Source: a bacterium
GTDB taxonomy: Bacteria > Patescibacteriota > Minisyncoccia > UBA6257 > WO2-44-18
Length of the DNA stretch: 64,000 bases
Assembly (NCBI GenBank): GCA_030646995.1
Contig: JAUSKF010000002.1
Span: forward strand, 76,092 to 140,091
Direction: 5' to 3'
Shown: positions 1-9,577 of the stretch, in pieces
Position numbering within the stretch: position 1 is the stretch's first letter
Layout: every line of letters begins with the position of its first letter
Notes under the pieces: generated by a model
The model's database searches: none
Told to the model about the DNA's origin: nothing
Seen by the model: only the letters and a program-made list of their open reading frames with translations
Translations under genes and position numbers: made by a program

Positions 1-40
1 AACAACGGTGATCGCGTTGAGCTTAGAACTTACAACTAGC

Positions 41-643
41 ATGAAAACCTCCGTCTACAATTTGAAGGGTGATGTAATCGGCGAAATTGAATTGCCGGAG
101 GATATTTTCGCCCGCGAATGGAATCCTGATCTAGTACATCAGGTTCTATTGTCGCAAGCCGCTAATCGCCGTCTCCCTTGGGCGCACGCCAAGAACCGCG
201 GAGAAGTTCGTGGTGGCGGCAAAAAGCCTTGGAAACAGAAGCACACCGGCCGCGCTCGTCATGGCTCTATTCGTTCTCCAATCTGGAAAGGAGGCGGCGC
301 TACTCATGGCCCGGTAAAGACTCGTAATTATTCTCAAAAAGTTAACAAGAAAATGGCCAAGGTGGCTATCTATTCCATTCTTTCCAAGAAATTGGCCGAC
401 GGTCATCTAAAAATAGTGGATACATTAGAATTGGAAACCGCCAAAACTAAAACATTATTCGCTTCCGTAAAAAAGTTCTTGCCTGCTTTGCTGATTGCCG
501 CTAAAGAAAACAAGAATATCGCCCGCGCTTCCAATAATATTCCAAGAACCCGTAGCTTGAGTGGAGCCAATTTGAATATCGAAGACGTGACGAAATACAA
601 GAATATCTTGCTGGATAAAAAGGCCGTATCGGAAATACAATAA
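41..643 (+). CDS. rplD: 50S ribosomal protein uL4
   Basis: RGEVRGGGKKPWKQKHTGRARHGSIRSPIWKGGG signature; start placed at ATG 41. Confidence 0.97.
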   Translation: MKTSVYNLKGDVIGEIELPEDIFAREWNPDLVHQVLLSQAANRRLPWAHAKNRGEVRGGGKKPWKQKHTGRARHGSIRSPIWKGGGATHGPVKTRNYSQKVNKKMAKVAIYSILSKKLADGHLKIVDTLELETAKTKTLFASVKKFLPALLIAAKENKNIARASNNIPRTRSLSGANLNIEDVTKYKNILLDKKAVSEIQ

Positions 644-666
644 AAATTTAAATATTTAAAAATCAT

Positions 667-945
667 ATGAACAAGTTTTTAATAAAACATCCGGTAATCA
701 GCGAGAAGGCGACTCAAATGGCTGCTTTGAATAAATACATCTTTGCCGTTGCCGACGAAGCCACCGCCCCGGAAGTAAAAAAGGCCATAGAGGGCATCCA
801 TAAAGTTAAAGTGGCCAAAGTAAATATGATTAACGGAAAAATGAAACCGAAACACTTCGGCCGCTTTTTGAACGAGCAAGCAGGATACCGGAAAGCGATC
901 GTTACTTTGAAAGAAGGTCAGAAACTCGATATTTTACCAAAATAA
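667..945 (+). CDS. rplW: 50S ribosomal protein uL23
   Basis: PVISEKA...YRKAIVTL motifs; S10 operon order. Confidence 0.96.
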   Translation: MNKFLIKHPVISEKATQMAALNKYIFAVADEATAPEVKKAIEGIHKVKVAKVNMINGKMKPKHFGRFLNEQAGYRKAIVTLKEGQKLDILPK

Positions 946-982
946 AATATCGAAAATTTAAATATTTAAAGATTTAAACATT

Positions 983-1816
983 ATGAAAGTTTATAAACCA
1001 ACCTCACCATCACGCAGACACTTAACCGGCATCAAGTACTCGGATATTTTGACTACCAGTAAGCCGCATAAAGCGCTGACCCAGAAACTGCGGACTAATT
1101 CCGGCCGCAATAATCGCGGAGTAATTACGATGCGTCATCAAGGTGGCGGAAATAAAAAAGTTTACAGGATAGTTGATTTCTTGCAAAACAAAATCGGTGT
1201 GCCTGGAAAAGTAGAAACCATCGAATACGACCCGTATCGCAGCGGTTTTATCGCTTTGGTTTCCTATAAAGATGGCGATCGTCGCTATATTTTGGCTCCA
1301 AAAGACCTGAAAGTAGGGGATGTGGTAATCACTGCCGAAAATGCTCCTTTGAAGCCCGGAAATCGATTGCGTATTAAAAATGTGCCGGTCGGCTATTTCG
1401 TTTTCAACGTAGAAATTCGCGCCGGTGGCGGAGCTAAACTAGCTCGCTCAGCGGGTGCCTACGTAGAAGTTTTAGCTCACGAAGGCGGCTTAACGGATCT
1501 TCGCATGGGCTCGAAAGAAGTCCGAAAAGTCTCATCTGAAGGTTGGGCATCAATTGGACAAGTTTCCAATCCTGACTATAATCTAGTGAACATCGGAAAA
1601 GCCGGCCGTTCCCGCTGGTTGGGTATCCGTCCGACTGTCCGTGGCTCAGCTATGAATCCGGTTGACCATCCGTATGGTGGAGGTGAAGGCGCACAGCCTC
1701 GTGGCACCCGCCGTCCGAAAACTATCTGGGGTAAGGTTACCGGTGGACACAAAACTCGGGATAAAAAGAAATGGTCATCCAAGTGGATTATTCAACGTCG
1801 GCCGAAAATTAGATAA
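983..1816 (+). CDS. rplB: 50S ribosomal protein uL2
   Basis: GRNNRG, EYDPYR, RPTVRGSAMNPVDHPYGGGEG. Confidence 0.98.
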   Translation: MKVYKPTSPSRRHLTGIKYSDILTTSKPHKALTQKLRTNSGRNNRGVITMRHQGGGNKKVYRIVDFLQNKIGVPGKVETIEYDPYRSGFIALVSYKDGDRRYILAPKDLKVGDVVITAENAPLKPGNRLRIKNVPVGYFVFNVEIRAGGGAKLARSAGAYVEVLAHEGGLTDLRMGSKEVRKVSSEGWASIGQVSNPDYNLVNIGKAGRSRWLGIRPTVRGSAMNPVDHPYGGGEGAQPRGTRRPKTIWGKVTGGHKTRDKKKWSSKWIIQRRPKIR

Positions 1817-1822
1817 AAAAAT

Positions 1823-2176
1823 ATGTCACGCTCAAGTAAAAAAGGTCCATTCGTGGATCCAAAATTATTGAAGAAGATTGCCAACATTAAACCCGGTCAA
1901 AAGACGGTTGTTAAGACTTGGTCGCGAGCTTCTGAAATTGCCCCGGAAATGGTGGGGCATACTTTTGGCGTGCACAACGGAAAAACTCATATCGAAGTCT
2001 TCGTCAAAGAAGAAATGGTGGGACATCGCTTGGGAGAATTTTCACCAACTAAGAAATTCGTGAAACACGGCGGTAAAATGCAACGAGAATTGGAAGCTTC
2101 TCAGCAAGCCGCTGAAGTTGCTAAAGCCCAAGCCGCTAAAGCAACCGTAGCTCCAGCTGCCGGCGCAAAGAAATAA
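1823..2176 (+). CDS. rpsS: 30S ribosomal protein uS19, with Ala/Lys-rich C-terminal extension
   Basis: [27 protein letters not shown]. Confidence 0.97.
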   Translation: MSRSSKKGPFVDPKLLKKIANIKPGQKTVVKTWSRASEIAPEMVGHTFGVHNGKTHIEVFVKEEMVGHRLGEFSPTKKFVKHGGKMQRELEASQQAAEVAKAQAAKATVAPAAGAKK

Positions 2177-2178
2177 TT

Positions 2179-2670
2179 ATGAATCAGCAAATTGCAAAAC
2201 TTAATTATCTGACGATTGCCCCACGAAAAGTGAGGCTTATTGCCAATACCTTAAAAGGCTTGTCGGTTCAAGAAGCGGAAGCGCAACTTTTACTTCGCGT
2301 TCAGCGTTCCGCCCCTCCTCTATTAAAGCTTCTGCGTTCCGCTATCAGCAATGCGAAAAATAATAAGATGGACGCCTCCAAGCTGGTGATTTCTTCTATC
2401 TTAGTAAACCAAGGCCCGATGTTGAAGCGATTCTTGCCTCGAGCTATGGGCCGAGCTACTCCAATCCACAAAAAAATGAGTCATGTTGTTTTGGTGCTAA
2501 AAGAATCCGACAAAAAGATCGTGAATCGTTTCGTTATTACTCCACCGGCGAAGAAATCCACCGCTCCAAAAAAGGAACGGGTGAAGCCGAAAGCCGAAGG
2601 GGGACAAGCCGAGAAACCCAAGGATCAAAGGGGTTTCTTCAAAAAGATGTTCCAACGGAAATCCGTATAA
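2179..2670 (+). CDS. rplV: 50S ribosomal protein uL22, with C-terminal extension
   Basis: APRKVRL, LKRFLPRAMGRATPIHK. Confidence 0.96.
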   Translation: MNQQIAKLNYLTIAPRKVRLIANTLKGLSVQEAEAQLLLRVQRSAPPLLKLLRSAISNAKNNKMDASKLVISSILVNQGPMLKRFLPRAMGRATPIHKKMSHVVLVLKESDKKIVNRFVITPPAKKSTAPKKERVKPKAEGGQAEKPKDQRGFFKKMFQRKSV

Positions 2671-2718
2671 TGATATTTAAATATTTAAACGTTTAAATAA
2701 AAAAAATAAACAACCATC

Positions 2719-3408
2719 ATGGGTCAGAAAATACAACCATTTAAATACCGCTTAGGCATCATCAAGAACTGGAATTCCCGCTGGATGCCGAAGCACTTAA
2801 ACTTCAAGAATTATCTTGAGGAAGATTTAGTGATCCGCAAAATCATTCATAGCAAAATCGGATTGGCCGGAATCGTTTCAATTGAGATTGAACGCGGCAC
2901 CGATAATTCTTTCCGTGTGTTCGTGAAGGCCGCGAAACCGGGCTTAGTGATTGGCCGGGGAGGTAAAGGTGTTGAAGAGCTCTCCAAAGCCATCGATGAT
3001 AGCTTGAGGAAGTTATTCATTAAAAGGAAAACCGAAAAAGCCAAATTTTCGGTCCGTTTGAATATCGAAGAATTAAAACGTTCGGAGCTTTCCGCTCAGT
3101 TTATCGCCCAATCAATTGCTTGGGATATGGAAAAGCGCCTTCCTTATCGCCGCACTCTGAAAAAATATATTGAGAGCACGATGCAAAGCCGCGACGTACA
3201 GGGTGTAAAAATCAAAGTTTCCGGCCGCTTGGATGGAAATGAAATTGCTCGCCGTGAGTGGTTGGCGAAAGGTAAATTACCTTTGCAAACTTTGCGCGCC
3301 AACATTGATTACGGGGAAGCTGCTTCATACAACAGCTACGGCACCGTAGGTGTGAAGGTCTGGCTATACAAAGGCGATGTATTCAATACCGTAAAACGCG
3401 ATATTTAA
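2719..3408 (+). CDS. rpsC: 30S ribosomal protein uS3
   Basis: MGQK, KPGLVIGRGG, SGRLDGNEIARRE, LPLQTLRANIDY. Confidence 0.98.
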   Translation: MGQKIQPFKYRLGIIKNWNSRWMPKHLNFKNYLEEDLVIRKIIHSKIGLAGIVSIEIERGTDNSFRVFVKAAKPGLVIGRGGKGVEELSKAIDDSLRKLFIKRKTEKAKFSVRLNIEELKRSELSAQFIAQSIAWDMEKRLPYRRTLKKYIESTMQSRDVQGVKIKVSGRLDGNEIARREWLAKGKLPLQTLRANIDYGEAASYNSYGTVGVKVWLYKGDVFNTVKRDI

Positions 3409-3427
3409 ATAATAAAAATATCCTACA

Positions 3428-3841
3428 ATGCTAGTTCCAAAAAAAGTAAAACATAGAAAGTGGCAGAAGGGCCGCTCCAAGACCAGAATGGTGGAAACGC
3501 GTGGTACTACCTTAGCGTTCGGTTCTTTTGGTTTGAAGGCCACAACCGCCGCTTGGATAAATTCCCGCCAAATCGAAGCCGCCCGTCGCACCATCAGCAA
3601 CTTTATGAAACGCGAAGGAAAAGTTTGGATTCGCATCTTTCCGGACAAGCCGATCACTAAATCAAGCGGCGCCACTCTTGGTGGAGGAAAAGGAGCCGTG
3701 GACTACTATGTATTTCCGGTAAGACCCGGCCGCATGTTGTTCGAAATTGACGGAATCACTCCGGCTATCGCCAAAGAGGCTTTGCGTCTGGCCAGCCACA
3801 AACTTCCGGTGAGAACCAGAATGATTACCAAAGCTAAATAA
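3428..3841 (+). CDS. rplP: 50S ribosomal protein uL16
   Basis: RQIEAARR, VWIRIFPDKP, GGGKG. Confidence 0.97.
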   Translation: MLVPKKVKHRKWQKGRSKTRMVETRGTTLAFGSFGLKATTAAWINSRQIEAARRTISNFMKREGKVWIRIFPDKPITKSSGATLGGGKGAVDYYVFPVRPGRMLFEIDGITPAIAKEALRLASHKLPVRTRMITKAK

Positions 3842-3846
3842 CAGCT

Positions 3847-4050
3847 ATGAAAAAGAAAGAAATTCAACAACTGAAAACGAAGCCCGTCGAAGAATTGAAA
3901 AAAATGCTGTCCGAACAGACGGAAAATTTGTGGACTTTAAAGCAGAGCCTATTGAACGGCAAAGTTAAAAATGTTAAAGAGATGCGTGACGTTAAGAAGG
4001 GAATTGCCCGACTTATGACGTTCGTCAAACAAAACAATGGAACAAAATAA
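3847..4050 (+). CDS. rpmC: 50S ribosomal protein uL29
   Basis: 67 aa, KKGIARL motif; position between rplP and rpsQ. Confidence 0.9.
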   Translation: MKKKEIQQLKTKPVEELKKMLSEQTENLWTLKQSLLNGKVKNVKEMRDVKKGIARLMTFVKQNNGTK

Positions 4051-4312
4051 AGCCAAAGCTGAAGTTAAGCACCGTAAACTCCAAGGAGTGGTGGTTTCGG
4101 ATAAAATGCAGAAAACTGCAGTCGTGGCTGTGACGCATGAGCGAAAGCATTCTAAATATTTGAAATACTTTAAGGTCACTACCCGTCTTAAAGCCCACAA
4201 TGAAAATAACGAATACAAGACAGGGGAGGTAGTAGTCATTGAAGAAACCCGCCCGCTCTCTAAAGAGAAGCGCTGGAAAATCATAGAAAGAATTGTTGAG
4301 AAAAAAGCATAA
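4037..4312 (+). CDS. rpsQ: 30S ribosomal protein uS17
   Basis: [22 protein letters not shown]. Confidence 0.97.
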   Translation: MEQNKAKAEVKHRKLQGVVVSDKMQKTAVVAVTHERKHSKYLKYFKVTTRLKAHNENNEYKTGEVVVIEETRPLSKEKRWKIIERIVEKKA

Positions 4313-4318
4313 AATAAC

Positions 4319-4687
4319 ATGATCCAAGAACGAACAATCTTAAAAGTTGCCGACAATTCAGGAGCGAAAACCGTTCGTTGTTTTCGCGTTCTCGGAGGTA
4401 GTCGCCGCCGCTACGCCGAAGTAGGGGATGTCATCGTGGCTTCTGTACAGGTAGCCGAACCGAGGAAGCCGGTAAAGAAAAAGGATGTTGTGAGAGCGGT
4501 GGTAGTCCGTCAGCACAAAGCCTTGCGTCGCGCCGATGGATCCTATGTGCGCTTTGACGACAACGCGGTCGTTTTAATTGACGACAAACTTGAGCCAAAG
4601 GGCACCCGCATCTTCGGACCAATTGCCCGCGAGGTCAAAGAAAAAGGTTATGAAAGTATTGCTTCATTAGCAGAAGAATTAATTTAA
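4319..4687 (+). CDS. rplN: 50S ribosomal protein uL14
   Basis: [26 protein letters not shown]. Confidence 0.98.
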   Translation: MIQERTILKVADNSGAKTVRCFRVLGGSRRRYAEVGDVIVASVQVAEPRKPVKKKDVVRAVVVRQHKALRRADGSYVRFDDNAVVLIDDKLEPKGTRIFGPIAREVKEKGYESIASLAEELI

Positions 4688-4700
4688 ATACTTAAATACC

Positions 4701-5021
4701 ATGCTTAAGAAAAACGACACAGTAAAAATAATCGTAGGAAAAGATCGCGGTAAAACCGGCAAGGTTTTGCGCGTGGATGTAAAGAATGGAATGGTGCTGG
4801 TAGAAGGCTTAAACACCGTTAAAAAGCATGTCCGTCCGAAAAAACAGGGGGAAAAAGGCCAGACGATTTCCTTGCCGCAGCCTTTATATTTTTCAAAAGT
4901 TATGCTATTTTGCTCTAGTTGCGCCAAAGGCGTAAGAACCAGGGTTAGAATGACCGAAAATAAGACTTCCAGTGTCACCCTAAAAGAGAGGGTGTGCATA
5001 AAATGCCAGAACGTAATCTAG
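4701..5021 (+). CDS. rplX: 50S ribosomal protein uL24 (CxxC/CxxC zinc form)
   Basis: GKDRGKTGKV KOW motif, VEGLN. Confidence 0.96.
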   Translation: MLKKNDTVKIIVGKDRGKTGKVLRVDVKNGMVLVEGLNTVKKHVRPKKQGEKGQTISLPQPLYFSKVMLFCSSCAKGVRTRVRMTENKTSSVTLKERVCIKCQNVI

Positions 5022-5034
5022 CTATATAGCGACC

Positions 5035-5538
5035 ATGAAAATCACACCAATAAAACAAATCGAGAAGATAGTTGTGAATACCGGAATCGGGCGTCTTTCT
5101 TCACAGCCAAATTTCTCAGATAAAGTTCTGCCGGAGATCTCCGCTAATTTCGCCGCCATTACCGGCCAGAAACCCTCGGAACGTTCCGCAAAAAAGTCTA
5201 TTTCCAGCTTCAAACTTCGCGAAGGAACAGTAGTTGGTTTAAAAGCTACCTTGAGAAAAAAGCGGATGGAATTATTTTTAGATAAAGTAATCCGTGTTGT
5301 CTTGCCCCGCGTTCGGGATTTCCAAGGAATTAGTATTAATAATATTGACGGGCATGGAAATTTGAACTTTGGAGTAAAAGATCAGCTCGTTTTTCCGGAA
5401 ATCAACCCGGAAACTTCGAAATCTAATTTCGGTCTTGAAATCACGGTTGTTCCAAGAAAACACAAAACCAAGGATGAGGCGATCGCCTTTTATAAAGAAA
5501 TCGGAATTCCATTTGAAAAAACAATCACTAAAAAATAA
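5035..5538 (+). CDS. rplE: 50S ribosomal protein uL5
   Basis: [24 protein letters not shown]. Confidence 0.97.
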   Translation: MKITPIKQIEKIVVNTGIGRLSSQPNFSDKVLPEISANFAAITGQKPSERSAKKSISSFKLREGTVVGLKATLRKKRMELFLDKVIRVVLPRVRDFQGISINNIDGHGNLNFGVKDQLVFPEINPETSKSNFGLEITVVPRKHKTKDEAIAFYKEIGIPFEKTITKK

Positions 5539-5723
5539 TGGCTAAGAAATCAGTGGTAGCGCGGGCCCTAAAACCGCCGAAGTTTTCTACCCGGATTGTC
5601 CGCCGTTGTTTCCGTTGCGGCCGCCGCAGGGGATTTATGCGAACCTTTGGAGTTTGCAGGATCTGTTTCCGAGAATTAGCGGCTAAAGGAGAAATTCCGG
5701 GAGTTAAGAAGTCTTCCTGGTAA
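5538..5723 (+). CDS. rpsZ: 30S ribosomal protein uS14, zinc-binding type Z
   Basis: RCFRCGR...CRICFRE...PGVKKSSW, 61 aa. Confidence 0.96.
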   Translation: MAKKSVVARALKPPKFSTRIVRRCFRCGRRRGFMRTFGVCRICFRELAAKGEIPGVKKSSW

Positions 5724-5734
5724 AAAATAAAGAC

Positions 5735-6118
5735 ATGTTAAACAATCTTTTAATTACAATTAAAAACGCCCAGAAAGCACGGAAGGAAGCCGTGAAATTA
5801 CCGTACTCCAATTTTGACTTTGCAATCGCGGAAATTTTGGCGAAAAGAGGTTTTGTGGAAAGCGTCGCTAAAAAAGGCCGCATGCCGAAAAGAATAATTG
5901 AAGTAAAGATTAAATATGATGCTAACGGGCTAGGAGCAATCACCGGCATCAAAGTATTGAGCAAGCCATCCCGCCGCTTATATTCCGGCTACGCCGAGTT
6001 AAGAGCCGTTAAGCAGGGCTACGGTGTTTCTATTGTATCCACCTCAAAAGGAGTTATGACTTCCTCTGAAGCCAGAAAACAGAAAGTCGGCGGTCAATTA
6101 CTATTTGAGATCTGGTAG
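5735..6118 (+). CDS. rpsH: 30S ribosomal protein uS8
   Basis: SKPSRRLY, IVSTSKGVMT, VGGQ. Confidence 0.97.
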   Translation: MLNNLLITIKNAQKARKEAVKLPYSNFDFAIAEILAKRGFVESVAKKGRMPKRIIEVKIKYDANGLGAITGIKVLSKPSRRLYSGYAELRAVKQGYGVSIVSTSKGVMTSSEARKQKVGGQLLFEIW

Positions 6119-6137
6119 AGTAATCACGAATAAAAAA

Positions 6138-6689
6138 ATGTCTAAATTAGCTAAAAAACCAATAATCGTTCCGGCAGATGTAGAAGCCAAATTGGCCGAC
6201 GGGTTTTTGCGATTTTCCGGAAAAGAAGGAAAATTATCAGTAAAAGTTCTTCCTTATGTATCTGCTGAATTGAAAGATGGTCAGATAACTTTGAAATTGG
6301 AAAATGCCATCAAGCAGGGCCGCGCCAACATCGGCACGCTGGCGGCTTTGATAAAAAATTCGATTGCCGGTGTCAGCGCCGGATTCGTTAAAATTTTAGA
6401 AATGGAAGGCATCGGCTTTAAGGCCAGCATGGAAGGAACAACCATAGTTCTGACCGTAGGATTCTCTCATCCTGTAAAATATATTCCGCCTGACGGAGTA
6501 AAGGTGGTGGTAGAGAAAAATGTAATCAAAGTTTCCGGAGCCGACCGAGCCTTAGTTGGCTTGGCTGCGTCAAAGATCCGCAAAGTGCACCCACCGGAAC
6601 CTTATAAGGGTAAGGGTATCCACTATAAAGGAGAGGTGGTGCGACGCAAGGCCGGTAAAAAAGTTGCAGGCGCAGGAACGGCGGCCTAG
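6138..6689 (+). CDS. rplF: 50S ribosomal protein uL6
   Basis: GFSHP, PPEPYKGKGI; start placed at ATG 6138. Confidence 0.97.
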   Translation: MSKLAKKPIIVPADVEAKLADGFLRFSGKEGKLSVKVLPYVSAELKDGQITLKLENAIKQGRANIGTLAALIKNSIAGVSAGFVKILEMEGIGFKASMEGTTIVLTVGFSHPVKYIPPDGVKVVVEKNVIKVSGADRALVGLAASKIRKVHPPEPYKGKGIHYKGEVVRRKAGKKVAGAGTAA

Positions 6690-6726
6690 GTAAGATTTCG
6701 AAATATCGATATATCGAAAATTCATT

Positions 6727-7080
6727 ATGAACAAAGCACAACTAAAAAATTTAAACAGGGGATTGAGGCAGAAACGTAACCGAGCGCGTGTTTCCGGCGT
6801 CTCCGAAAAGCCGAGGCTTTCCGTATTCCGGAGCAATAAATACACCTACGCTCAACTCATCGATGATGTTAACGGCCGCACAATCGCCTCTGCCTCCACT
6901 CAAGAGCTAAAAAAGAAAGGCAAAAAAACCGAACTCGCCCAAGAATTAGGGGCTTTGATTGCCGAAAAAGCAAAAAAGGCGGGGGTTACGGAGGCAGTTT
7001 TCAATCGCTCGTTCTATAAATTCCACGGCCGCATTAAAGCAGTCGCCGAAGGAGCTAGACAAGGAGGCCTCAAAATTTAA
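6727..7080 (+). CDS. rplR: 50S ribosomal protein uL18
   Basis: PRLSVFRSNK, YAQLIDD, FHGRIKA. Confidence 0.97.
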   Translation: MNKAQLKNLNRGLRQKRNRARVSGVSEKPRLSVFRSNKYTYAQLIDDVNGRTIASASTQELKKKGKKTELAQELGALIAEKAKKAGVTEAVFNRSFYKFHGRIKAVAEGARQGGLKI

Positions 7081-7117
7081 ATTTTTAAATATTTAAATAA
7101 AAAAATACACAACCAAC

Positions 7118-7690
7118 ATGGAACCAGTAAAACCAACAACTCAAGCAGTAGCGCCGGCAACCGGTAAACCAGGAGCCCCACATATGGGTGCCGCCACTCG
7201 CTTTGGCCAGCATCGTCCGGGTGGACGCCGCCCAGGGCGCCCGAAAGAGCAAAATCCATTCGGAATGAAAGATAAGATGTTGGATTTGCGTCGTGTTACC
7301 CGTGTAGTAGCCGGAGGTAAAAGATTCCGCTTCCGCGCCACAATTATTCTTGGTGATGAAAAAGGAAAAGTAGCTGTTGGTGTTGCTAAGGGATTAGACG
7401 TTCAATCCGCTATCTCTAAAGCTAAGCATGATGCCGCAAAGCATATCATTACCGTTCCGCTCAAAGGACGCACGATTCCTCATGAAGTTGCAGCAAAATT
7501 CAGCGCCGCTGATGTAATTATAAAACCAGCCAAAGAAGGTCACGGCTTGAGAGCGGGAGGCGCCGTACGCGTTGTGCTGTCATTGGCCGGAATCAAAGAT
7601 GCTACCGCCAAATGCCTTGGCCGCACTCCGAATAAATTGACTAATGCCCTCGCTACAATTGAAGCTTTAAAGAAACTGAAAAAGAAATAA
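7118..7690 (+). CDS. rpsE: 30S ribosomal protein uS5
   Basis: RVTRVVAGGKRFRF, AGGAVR. Confidence 0.97.
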   Translation: MEPVKPTTQAVAPATGKPGAPHMGAATRFGQHRPGGRRPGRPKEQNPFGMKDKMLDLRRVTRVVAGGKRFRFRATIILGDEKGKVAVGVAKGLDVQSAISKAKHDAAKHIITVPLKGRTIPHEVAAKFSAADVIIKPAKEGHGLRAGGAVRVVLSLAGIKDATAKCLGRTPNKLTNALATIEALKKLKKK

Positions 7691-7694
7691 AATT

Positions 7695-8177
7695 ATGCAA
7701 TTACACGACTTAAAACCTAACCATCCGCTAAAAGCCAAAAAGCCGCGCGTCGGCAGAGGTGGTAAACGCGGAACTATGTCTGGAAAAGGGCAAAAAGGAC
7801 AAAAGTCCCGCGCTGGCCATCGTATCCGTCCGGCAGAACGCGACTTCATTCAACGCTTGCACAAATTGCGCGGTATTAAGAATAAACCTCACGAAGAAGG
7901 AGCGGCAGTTCTTAACGTTGGAGTTTTAGCTAAAATGGCTAAAGATGGCGTTATCAGCGAAAAAGTTCTTGGGAAAAAGGTGAAGATTTTAGGAGAGGGA
8001 GAAATTAAAGTAGCGCTAACGATAATGGGCTTAGAAATTTCTAAGTCTGCGCAAGCAAAGATTGAGAAAGCCGGTGGCAAAGTAGTGGTAGGAGTAAGAA
8101 TCGTACAGCCAGCGAAGGGGATGGGTAAGACGAGGTTGCCGGGCAGAAGGATAAAAGTAGCGGAGAAGACTAAATAA
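7695..8177 (+). CDS. rplO: 50S ribosomal protein uL15
   Basis: RVGRGGKRG, GKGQKGQKSR, KIEKAGG; follows rpsE after only 4 nt, so no rpmD here. Confidence 0.96.
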   Translation: MQLHDLKPNHPLKAKKPRVGRGGKRGTMSGKGQKGQKSRAGHRIRPAERDFIQRLHKLRGIKNKPHEEGAAVLNVGVLAKMAKDGVISEKVLGKKVKILGEGEIKVALTIMGLEISKSAQAKIEKAGGKVVVGVRIVQPAKGMGKTRLPGRRIKVAEKTK

Positions 8178-8208
8178 GATATATAATTAGTGATCAGTAG
8201 GCTGAATA

Positions 8209-9480
8209 ATGAATAAACTACTTCAAATCTTTAAAATTCCGGACCTAAGAAAGAAAGTTTTTTACGTTCTCTTGGGATTGGTAGCTTTCCGCATCCTTGG
8301 CGCAATCCCGATTCCGGGAATTGATGCCGCAAAGCTTGCCCAATTCTTTAATTCGAACCAAATTTTTGGCTTCTTCAACTTGTTTTCTGGTGGTGGTCTA
8401 ACCAATCTCTCCATCGTAATGTTGGGAGTCGGTCCATATATCACCGCCACAATCATCATGCAGTTGCTCACAATGATTTTCCCAAGCTTGAAAGTGATGT
8501 ACTACGAAGAGGGAGCGGCCGGCCGAGCTAAGTTCAATCGCATCTCCCGCTATCTCACTATTCCTCTAGCGGCTCTACAGGCATATACATTCTTAAAGTT
8601 GCTTGGTAGCCAAGGGATTCTAGGCACCCTAACACCACTAGAAGCCCTTCAAAATGTCCTCATTATTACTGCCGGTAGTATGCTCTTGACTTGGATTGGT
8701 GAATTAATCGGCGAGCAAAAAATCGGAAACGGAATCTCTCTTATTATCTTCGCCGGTATCATTAGCGCTCTTCCGACAGTCATTAAAAATACCGTCATCT
8801 CCTTTGATCCGGCGAATCTTCCTACCTACATCGCCTTCGCGATTCTTTCCGTGATTATTATCGCCGGAGTCGTCTTCGTGAACCAAGGAGAACGCAAAGT
8901 ACCGGTCTCATATTCCCGACGTATCCGAGGGAATAAAGTTTATGGAGGCTCATCCAGCTACTTACCGCTAAAAATTAACCAAGCGGGCGTAATCCCGATT
9001 ATCTTTGCCATTTCAATAATGCTTTTCCCGCAATTCTTTGCCCAAATTATTTCTCTTTTCGCGCCGGAGCCTGCGGCGACATTGCAAAACTTAATTAATC
9101 AATTCTTAAATAACCAATATATCTACAGCGCGGTCTACTTCACTTTGGTTGTCGCCTTCACTTATTTCTACACTTCGATCACTTTTGACCCCAAAGAAAT
9201 TGCAAAGAATCTCCAACAGAGCGGGGGATTCGTGCCGGGAATTCGCCCGGGCGAGCCAACCGGAGAATACATCGGCAATCTTACCAAGCGATTAACTTTG
9301 TTCGGAGCTTTATTCTTAGGCTTGATAGCAGTTTTGCCGAACCTGACCCAAATCCTTACGGGGGTGCAAACTTTAACTATCGGCGGCACCGGCCTATTGA
9401 TCGTGGTTTCGGTAGTATTGGAAACTATAAAGCAATTGGATTCGGAACTAACCCTCCGAGAATACGAGGGGATTCAGTAA
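8209..9480 (+). CDS. secY: preprotein translocase subunit SecY
   Basis: LGVGPYITA, GNGISL, PLKINQAGVIPIIFA, VPGIRPG, IGGTGLLIVV. Confidence 0.98.
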   Translation: MNKLLQIFKIPDLRKKVFYVLLGLVAFRILGAIPIPGIDAAKLAQFFNSNQIFGFFNLFSGGGLTNLSIVMLGVGPYITATIIMQLLTMIFPSLKVMYYEEGAAGRAKFNRISRYLTIPLAALQAYTFLKLLGSQGILGTLTPLEALQNVLIITAGSMLLTWIGELIGEQKIGNGISLIIFAGIISALPTVIKNTVISFDPANLPTYIAFAILSVIIIAGVVFVNQGERKVPVSYSRRIRGNKVYGGSSSYLPLKINQAGVIPIIFAISIMLFPQFFAQIISLFAPEPAATLQNLINQFLNNQYIYSAVYFTLVVAFTYFYTSITFDPKEIAKNLQQSGGFVPGIRPGEPTGEYIGNLTKRLTLFGALFLGLIAVLPNLTQILTGVQTLTIGGTGLLIVVSVVLETIKQLDSELTLREYEGIQ

Positions 9481-9533
9481 GGGCTCCGGGAATAGCCTCC
9501 GGCATGTTCCTCGAAACTATTCCCTGCGCTTTG
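9481..9533 (+). repeat. internally deleted copy of the GGGCTC...CGCTTTG structured repeat
   Basis: Matches both ends of the 21179-21326 copy (GGGCTCCGGGAATAGC and CTCCGGCATGTTCCTCGAAACTATTCCCTGCGCTTTG). Confidence 0.85.
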
Positions 9534-9544
9534 TATAATATTGA

Positions 9545-9569
9545 AAAGCCCCGTTTTAAACGGGGCTTT
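9545..9569. terminator. bidirectional intrinsic terminator
   Basis: AAAGCCCCGTTT-T-AAACGGGGCTTT hairpin between convergent genes. Confidence 0.75.
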
Positions 9570-9577
9570 GATTTTAT

